This document shows positions 54,583-64,000 of a stretch of DNA of 64,000 nt, one piece after another (the stretch's first letter is position 1; the number at the start of each line of letters is the position of its first letter). Made by a program: the position numbers and the translations under genes. Source of the stretch: the human T2T-CHM13v2.0 reference genome, Homo sapiens; NCBI RefSeq assembly GCF_009914755.1, contig NC_060937.1. The stretch is one strand, 5' to 3'. The notes under the pieces were generated by a model that saw nothing but the letters and a program-made list of their open reading frames with translations, was not told where the DNA came from and made no database searches.

Positions 54583-55999
54583 CTTACCAATACTTTCTAA
54601 AAATTTTGTCTCATATCCAGGTAATATGGATGGTCACTAATCATTCCAGGTTCATGTACAAGAATCTCAGGAACCTCAGAGGAAAACACACTGTCTATCC
54701 CAACTGTTACTGTAAAATACATTAGGGATGATTTTCATTGGCTCAGCCTGGGTCACAAATCCAAATACAAACAAATCATTAAAGCTTCATGGATGGCATA
54801 CCCTGGCCAGGCCTGAGTCACATGCCCATCTCTGGAACTGGGTAAGGCAGAATTAGCCCCTCCCAAAACATACTAATTAGATTCTCCACAAGAAAGGAGA
54901 ATTCTAGAACTGAAAACTAGGGGAAGAAAAAGTGTTTTGGACAGCTAAAATCTGGAACTGTCAGAGACCTCTAAAACATCCTGACATCCAATAAGCTGTT
55001 ACAAGTAGCAATAACAACAAAAGATGACCTTAATATAGCTATAACAATCAACATTTAATTTTTGTTTTTTACCATAATAAGTCTAATAATTTTCTGCTAA
55101 AAAATACTTGTGCGTATGTCTAAAAATATATTCAAGTATACTTACCACCAGGATATTTACAATAGTGAAAAACTGGAAACATTCAAAGAGTTCATCAATA
55201 TGTATGTAAATCCATACAAGGCACTATCATTCAGTCATTTAAAAATTAGATAACTGTTTCCTTAAATGGAAAGATATCTACCAACTAGTTTTTGAAAAAT
55301 ATTTACTAGGTAACATAGTCACATAACTCAAAAGGTACAAAAAAGTGTATAGGATAAAAATTCTTTCTTTAACCCTGATGCCTGGCATCCTTTTCCCTTC
55401 TCAGAGACAACCAATGATATCAATCATTTTGTATTCCAGGATAGCTTATGCATATGTATGCTAACATATACATATATTTCTTCCTTATCTGTATAATATT
55501 AGCATAATATATACTCCTTTCTGCATCTTTCCATTCAAATTATGTCATAGAGGTTATTCCAGATCAGTACATTATTAGTTTATGTTCTTTCTTTATGGTT
55601 TCATATTATTCCATTGGGCAAACATATATAGCTTATTTCACCAGTTTACTACTTGATGGACTTTTAACTTTTTAACCTCTTGCTTGGAAAAAAATGTTGT
55701 GATGAATAAGTTTGTATGTTTACATATATCTGTGGTATAATTTCCTGGAAGTAAATTGCTGGGTCAAAAGGTATGTTCATTTATATTTAATTGGGAGTTG
55801 GGAAAAATATGTATTTATTTGCTTTTTAAATAGGTAATACTAGCATACTTTACCCAGCTCAAAAAAGATTTAAGAGTGAAAAGTCTATTTCACATTAATT
55901 TCCTTCAGATGCCCACATATTGTTAACCAGCTTCTTGCATTTACTTAAACACTAAGTACCTATAAGGATGCAGCTGTATATAGAAGAATTTTCCTTATT

Positions 56000-56192
56000 C
56001 CAGTAGTGCTTTTTTTTGTATTATATAATTTAAGAACAGCATTAGCGTCATTCATACACTTGTTAAAAATATGGATTCTCAGACCTACCTCCAACCTACT
56101 AAATCAAAATCTCTGGGAATACTATCCAGGAATCTTAATTACTACCCGGTCTCCAGGTGACTCTAATGCTTGCTGAGCTTGAGAATCACTGT
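56000..56192. mobile_element. MER5-like hAT DNA transposon
   Basis: acctactaaatcaaaatctctggg...ccaggtgactctaatgc...ttgagaatcactg. Confidence 0.7.
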
Positions 56193-56278
56193 TCTCCAGA
56201 GGTCAGAACGCTCACACCAAAGTGTTGATTCAAGAGAGGCAGGTGTTGGTGTAACATACCTCATTATCTTTTCATTAG

Positions 56279-56773
<495 letters not shown>

Positions 56774-57817
56774 TGAGTGAATGTTTCTGTTTCTAGGTTT
56801 TCTTGATCATTGTTGAAAACATCTCAATAACCAGGCTCTTTTTTATCCTTCTTATTCCTTGACTTGCTTGCCTTCCATTCCTTCTCTTTCCAGCCTCCCT
56901 CCTGCCCTCCTCTTGTTCCTTTCTTTCATTCTTTTCTCTTTTCTATCTTTTTCTCACTCCTAGTGCAAAGTGTGCTTTGTTAAATTAAGACATGTAGGGG
57001 GACTAGGAATAACGGAAATTGTCTGTCTGTAAAATACTCAAGAGTATTGCAAAGTCATCCTGCGACAGTGAGTATGTGTGCATACAACTGCCTGTATACA
57101 CAAAGAAAAAGGTTGACAGAAGCCAACTGAATGGTAAACAATGAATTCATGGTTATGTCTGGGAAACAGAATCTAGGGTCTGATTATAGGGTCCTTTGCT
57201 TTTGGCTAGATGAACTTCTCATTGTTTGAATTTTTAATATAATTATGTATTACTCTTATGAAAATTAAAAATGTTTTAACTTTTAATGGGATCATATAAT
57301 GGTGACACTTTCTATTTTTCTCTCCTCAACCTTATATCACAAATACCTTTCTGTTATGATATTCCAACGTTGATGTGTCATTATGGAAGTGCCCCAATTT
57401 ACTTATCTAATATTCTCTAATTAAATTACCTTCATTTTCTCTTCTATTATAAACAACAATTTGATAAAGAACATTTCTAAAGCTAAATCATTGCCAAAAT
57501 CTCTACCCATTTTCATTTAATTTTGATATAAATTTTTTATGATAAAATTGTTCTTCATATCAGTTTACCTCTTCACCAGTAATGTATAAAATGCCCTTTT
57601 TTGCCTAAGCCCACATTACTGATATTAATTAATTAACTAATATATTCATTGCCAATTAGACAATGTCACTGATTTTTGTTTATTACTAGTAAAGTTGATT
57701 TGTGTTCCACGTTAAATAATCATGATCCTATTATCTTTTCTGATTTTTCCTTTTACATCTTTTTCTCACGTTTCTATTGGTATGCTTGTTTATCTTATTG
57801 ATTTGTAACAGCTTAGT

Positions 57818-57857
<40 letters not shown>
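57818..57857. repeat. (TAGA)10 microsatellite
   Basis: Perfect tetranucleotide array. Confidence 0.97.
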
Positions 57858-59012
57858 ATATTAACCTTCTGTCATGTGTGATGAAAATATTTTTCTCAGT
57901 TTACTGCCTGCCTTTTTGAAGTGAGATTTCTTGACGTAACGAAAATGTAAATTTTAGATTATAAAATCTATCGCTCTAGTTTTTGTTTTTCTTCTTAATG
58001 CTAAGCTTAATAAGCCCTTCTTCAGTCCTCAAATTACATATTGATCTAAACTTTACTTATTTTATATTTTTATCTTTGATTCACCTCAGAATTCATCTTT
58101 GATTCACCTCAGAATTACCTCAGTATGGTAAGTGATGTGTGGTTCCACAATTCAAGTCTTTATAGAATTCTGGGAAGTTGTGCCCTCAGCCATTATCTGC
58201 TCAATCTTTACCCCACCAATCTGAAATGCTACTTACGATACACTAAATTCTTACATGGTTAGGCCATTTTTTTCCTCCACTTTCTGTGTCATTAACTTGT
58301 TTATGTAATGCCAATACCACACTGTTTTAATTATTTTAACCAAAACCAAGCCTCAATATATCTGATTTATCAAGTTCCAACTAATTGCTATCCTTATGTA
58401 AAACTTCTTAGCTATTCTCGTACCTTTGTTTTTCTATGATAATTATTATAATCCTTAAAATTATTTTGTTTTATATCCCTTTCCCACACCACATAAACTG
58501 TTTTGGATTTTGGTTAGGATTACTTTAGTTTGAAGAGAACTGAGAGCCACACCGGTTAGAGTCTCCCATCTGGTAATGTGCGTTTAGCTTCACTAATGTG
58601 ATCATGAATGTGATAATTCAGTCATTGGGGAATTCACTTCTCTATGATCCATGTTTTTTACGGTAAAAACAATATAGTCTGAAGTTTTTGTCTGCCTCTT
58701 ACTTGGATATTATGCTTATGCATTTACTCAAAAAGTATAACTTCCAAGCTCAGGGTTTTGCCCGATATATCTCCCATGGAATACTCTGCCTTGTTCTGAC
58801 AAACTGGTCGCCAGCTCTGCCTGCTCTCTGTCCTCTTGTCCATTATCAGAGTTTTGTGTGGAGCAGGTATTCTCAGCTGACTGTGGTTAAAAGCAAGGAT
58901 GAGAAGGTAGAGCAAGGTGTTCTGAGCCCCCTTCACTAGGGATTATCATTTTGTGCTTGTAATCTAAGGGTTGTGTAATATCCTGTCTACCTCACAAGGG
59001 ATATTAAATATC

Positions 59013-59563
59013 GTGTACCCAACAGCTCCGAAGAGACAGCGACCATCAAGAACGGGCCATGATGACAATGGCAGTTTTGTCGAAAAGAAAAAGGGGAAAT
59101 GTGGGGAAAAGAAAGAGAGATCAGATTGTTACTGTGTCTGTGTAGAAAGAAGTAGACATAGGAGACTCCATTTTGTTCTGTACTAAGAAAAATTCTTCTG
59201 CCTTGGGATGCTATTAATCTATAACCTTACCCCCAACCCCGTGCTCTCTGAAACATGTGCTGTGTCAACTCAGGGTTAAATGGATTAAGGGCGGTGCAAG
59301 ATGTGCTTTGTTAAACAGATGCTTGAAGGCAGCATACTCATTAAGAGTCATCACCACTCCCTAATCTCAACTACCCAGAGACACAAACACTGCGGAAGGC
59401 CGCAGGGCCCTCTGCCTAGGAAAACCAGAGAACTTTGTTCACGTGTTTATCTGCTGACCTTCTCTCCACTATTATCCTATGACCCTGCCACATCCCCCTC
59501 TCCGAGAAACACCCAAGAATGATCAACAAATACTAAAAAATAAAAAAATAATTTTAAAAAAAA
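59013..59563 (+). mobile_element. 5'-truncated SVA (SINE-R only; SVA_A/B-like)
   Basis: gtgtacccaacagctccgaagagacagcgaccatc...tgtggggaaaagaaagagagatcag...cccaagaatgatcaa followed by an A-rich tail. Confidence 0.9.
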
Positions 59564-59598
59564 TCCTCTAGGCTGCAGGCACTCAGAAGTAGCTTGCT

Positions 59599-59906
59599 TG
59601 CCAGGCGTGGTGGCTCACATCTATAATCCCAACACTTTGGGAGGCCAAAATGGGTGGATTGCTTGAGCCTAGGAGTTCGAGACAGCCTGGGCAACATGGT
59701 AAAACACCATCTCTACAGAAAATAAAAGAATTAGCCGGGCGTGGTGGTGCGTGCCTGTGGGCCCAGCTACTCAGGAGGCTAAAGTGGGAGGATCACTTGA
59801 ACCCAGGAGGCAGAGGTTGCAGTAAGCCAAGATTGCACTCCAGCCTGGGCAACAGAAGAGACCCTGCCTCAATAAAAATAAAAAATAAATTTAAAAAATT
59901 TTTAAA
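59599..59906 (+). mobile_element. Alu (AluJ/S)
   Basis: Full dimer; TSD aagtagcttgct / aagtagcttact. Confidence 0.9.
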
Positions 59907-60403
59907 AAGTAGCTTACTGGTATCACTGTTTAAACATAAGCTGCCCACCAAGGCAGTGCTTTACTTTCACATATTCGACTTCATGCACCCTGAGCCTCTA
60001 CCCTGATAATCTGACTCCCATAAACTGCCACCAGCAACCAACCATGAGTGACAGTTTAAAGATATTACCTGGTGTCACTGTCTGCCAGAGACAGGGTAGG
60101 GTTAGGGATGGGGAAGGACCAATCCTCAACCAAGGCAGCCAGGCTGGTGCAGCACCAGTGAAGGCTCGTGATGGCACCACCCAAGGGCCTGGCTTCCTGC
60201 AGGCTCAGGAGGAAAGACAGCTGCTGAGGCCCTGGAGTTTGCTTACTCAGGAGGGCAAGATGAGGTTCCCTTCTGCAGTGGTTGGTGAATATGCCCTCTC
60301 CAGGCCAACCACCTCCTCTACTGACGCTTGGTCCCTCCCAAAATTCTCTCTCCTCCCGCTTCCCAGGAGTGTGGGTTAACACCCAGTTGAAAAGCCTCCA
60401 ACA

Positions 60404-60849
<446 letters not shown>

Positions 60850-60887
60850 TCAGGGTCCTCACTTCCAATAAGGTAAAGGAAAGTAGA

Positions 60888-61107
60888 AGCCGAGGCAGCA
60901 TAGTGAAATCCCATCTCTACAAAAAATACAAAAATTAGCCAGACATCGTGGCACATGCCTGTAGTCCCAGATATTTGTGGGCTGAGGCACGAGGATTGCT
61001 TGAGCCAATAGGTCAAGACTGCAGTGAGCCATGATTGTGCCACTGCACTCCAGCCTGGGCAACAGAGCAAGGCCCTTCTCAAAAATGAAAATAAATAAAT
61101 AAATAAA
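60888..61107 (+). mobile_element. 5'-truncated AluJ/FRAM-like
   Basis: Right monomer with (TAAA)n tail. Confidence 0.82.
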
Positions 61108-61344
61108 GCAGAGGTCAAGTGACTTGCCCAAGGCTCCTCATCTTACAGGACGTGCAAAGCACCCGATGCAGGATTTGGCACAGAGTATGGACTCAGAAAA
61201 GGGTAGCTCTTATTTTTAATGTGAGAACTTGTGTCTGCCCAGCCCATTCTCCTTTCTCTTGTAACATGATGGCTGCCTTCAAGGACATTATGGTTTGTTT
61301 TTCTAAAATAGATTTTAAACATGCATTTTCCCAGTTTCTTTTAC

Positions 61345-61553
61345 TTTTTTTTTTTTTTTTACTTTTTTCCCCTTTGTTTCTTTTTTTTAAATTTTATTAT
61401 TATTATATTTTAAGTTTTAGGGTACATGTGCACAACGTGCAAGTTTGTTACATATGTATACATGTGCCATGTTGGTGTGCTGCAGCCATCAACTCGTCAT
61501 TTAGCATTAGGTATATCTCCTAATGCTATCCCTCCCCCCTCCCCCCACCCACA
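61345..61553 (-). mobile_element. Very short young L1PA 3' end (L1PA2-5-like)
   Basis: taagttttagggtacatgtgcacaacgtgc...ctaatgctatccctccccc with a long T-rich tail. Confidence 0.88.
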
Positions 61554-62084
61554 ATGACCTTTTCAAATGATTGAAAGTCGGTTGAGGATCTCTGATTTTT
61601 TCATTTGTTGTTTTCATTACATTTAGGGGAGGGACAGGAGGTAGAGACTAATGACAAAAATTGATTCTTTATATTCTCTCCAAGCTGTGTTTAGTTCAGC
61701 ATTTCTAATCTTTAAATGGGATTCCTTTAGCTAGCAAGCAATGCAAATGTTCCAAATGTAATTAATCTCAGAAATCCATACAGCCACAAATCAAGAGTAC
61801 CAACTCATTTTGACTACCTAGCCACTCTTTTAATATTTCCATTAGGACATATTAGGAAGTCCCATTTTTCACCAATAAGAAATGCGGTGTGTTTGATCAG
61901 AAAACAGTTGTAGGAGGACCTAGGTACAGTAAGGCCAAATGGTTCAGAGTGTTCTTTTGCTGCATAGCTCTGGGGAATCGTGGAGATTCCTTGCTTTATA
62001 GTGGAAGAAAATAACAACTATATTAACCATCTGGTAAAACTTCCAAACTAGTGTTCTCTGGAGATCACAATTGTTAAAGCTTGG

Positions 62085-62620
62085 TTCAATTCATCAGTTA
62101 TTTACTGAGCACCTTCTAGATGCCTGACACCATGCTAGGTCCTTTGCATAAAGTGTAACATAGAATTTCTATGGCAGAGGTATGCCCAGCATGCCGTAGA
62201 AGCACAGTGAAGCAGCACAGAGCCACCTCTGGGGATTCACTTTCTGAGGGAGCATTAGTTAAAGCAATCTTGCTGTTGTAAAATGCATGGCAGAGAATTA
62301 TGGGAGACAATAGTGAAATAAACAAGGCCAGGTCACAAGGCTCTCACATACCATGTAAGGACTGTTAATAGCTGTTAGGGAGTCATGGAAAGGTTTTAAC
62401 TGAGGAATAATATCATCTAATGTGTATTCTGAATAGATTAGTCTGGTAGATGTACAGAGGAAATTCAGAGAAGATGTTAAGGTTTCCAACCGGGCATGGC
62501 AGTAGTAGTAGTAAGGAGGAGAAATTTTAAAAAACATTTAGAATATAAAATTGGCAGATTGGATGTAGAGCATGAGGGAGAAAGGGGAGTTTCTAGGACT
62601 ATTTGCTTAATTTGCATCCT
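62085..62620 (-). mobile_element. L2 fragment
   Basis: ttcaattcatcagttatttactgagcacc start; L2 body motifs. Confidence 0.55.
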
Positions 62621-63665
62621 ATGGAGGAAGAAAGTTTTTAAAAAACTTTACTTCACCCATCAATTCACTAAGCCTATAAATTTCTTATAGAAAAAATAGT
62701 TTTATAGGACTGATATGGCAAAAGTACGAGTTAGTTTTAATTCATGTTCTGTTCTTGGTACTAAAGTGGACTTTATGCCACCTTATACAAATGTGACGTA
62801 TTTTTAAAAATCCAGATTTGTCAAACAAACAAAGGTAATTATTCTCTTTATAAAATGATTATTTGTTCTAGAAAATAAATCTTTATATGACACTTTTAAA
62901 CTGTCAGCTCTAAATATGATTTAATGTACTATTCCTCAGAAACACATTCCTTTTCTAAAAACCGACATACACGTATTTTCAAACTGATTTATTTTTTCCC
63001 AAGATATTTTTATTTTTTTAGAGTAAGTGGCAGATCAGTATTTTCTAGGATTCATTCATTCACTCAGTTAAGAAATACGTGCTGGATTCCTATTCTATGC
63101 CAGACACTATCTTATACTTTTCAGTTATGGCAGAGAATGAAACAGACAAAATATTCTATCCTCATGGAATGTATACTCTAATGGATTATACCTTTTTTTG
63201 TTTTAAGAAATAGGATATGCTATTCATTCTGCTAATTTTAAGTATTTCCTGGCACAGTGCTTTGCACATAGCAGGAACTTTCTATAGATTTATTCAGCTA
63301 AATAAATTCTCAAAACCAGAAAGTGACTCCAATAATATGTTGTGTAAATGATTTCACCATTTTTAATTTTCTTATTTATTGTCAGACTCAGAAGAGATGC
63401 CAGACTATGTATTCTTGTTTTTTTTTTTTTTAATAAATTCAGATATACAGTCATTTGTTGGGAGAAAAAGACACTATGATTTGAATACTCCTAATTTCCT
63501 CCCTTAATCTCTCATCAAAGAGTGTGCTGTCTTTGCATCACTTCAAACTCTTCCATACCAATATAAACCAAGTTACCTTGCCTACACAGTTCAGAATTTT
63601 GCAAAGCACTTTCATATACCAAGGGAGGGGAGAAATGTTTAAGCCATTGTTTTTCTAGTATTACC

Positions 63666-64000
63666 TGTGTGGTGCAGAAGACCGATTAACCACGGCATTT
63701 TCTTTCTCTCTTTCCTTCTTAGGAGCAGAATCCAATTTTTGGATAGGCACAATCGCCTCCTAGTAGAAGCTACTACTTTCCCCAGGCTCCCTTGTAGCTG
63801 CATCTGGCCACTATACTATGGACAGTAACATGAGTGAAAGTATTGGGTCAGACTCCAGGAAGGCTGTTGAAAGGCAGGTGATTGATTCGAGGGAAGATCT
63901 TTCTTACCCTTTGGTCTTACCTTTACTCTTTATTCCAGCGTAGAATGCAGACAATATGACTGGGGTTCCAGCAGCCATTTTTGGCTACAAGGTGACCTTG
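63666..64000 (+). mobile_element. Old MLT1 (J/K/L-like) LTR, running off the window
   Basis: tttcccaggctcccttgtagct...ggccac and ccagcagccattttt motifs. Confidence 0.55.

Noticed and set aside
59998-60382. Overlapping 105-111 aa ORFs in a GC-richer unique stretch
   Set aside because: No recognisable domain, no clear splice or promoter support; such lengths are expected by chance at this GC content.

Overview
Hominoid (very likely human) genomic DNA, AT-rich and repeat-dense. The + strand carries eight GT-AG coding exons (2524-51819) that splice in frame into the C-terminal 558 residues plus one split codon of a leucine-rich-repeat protein I recognise from memory as LRRC63. Its first coding exon lies upstream of the window. 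The last intron holds a sense processed pseudogene of ABITRAM/FAM206A (FAM206BP) inserted into a MER44 DNA transposon. Introns and the 3' flank contain many Alus, L1/L2/MIR fragments, MaLR/ERV LTRs, a U13 snoRNA retrocopy and a 5'-truncated SVA. Two leading hypotheses: (1) the LRRC63 C-terminus looks like the BC-box/cullin-box plus Cys-rich module of LRRC58, suggesting a cullin-RING ligase substrate receptor; (2) a sense MST LTR supplies ATG-ATC and a GTAAGT donor exactly in frame with the first LRR exon, predicting an LTR-driven 259-aa isoform. Gene and repeat subfamily names come from recalled sequences, not from a search, and boundaries of old repeats are approximate.
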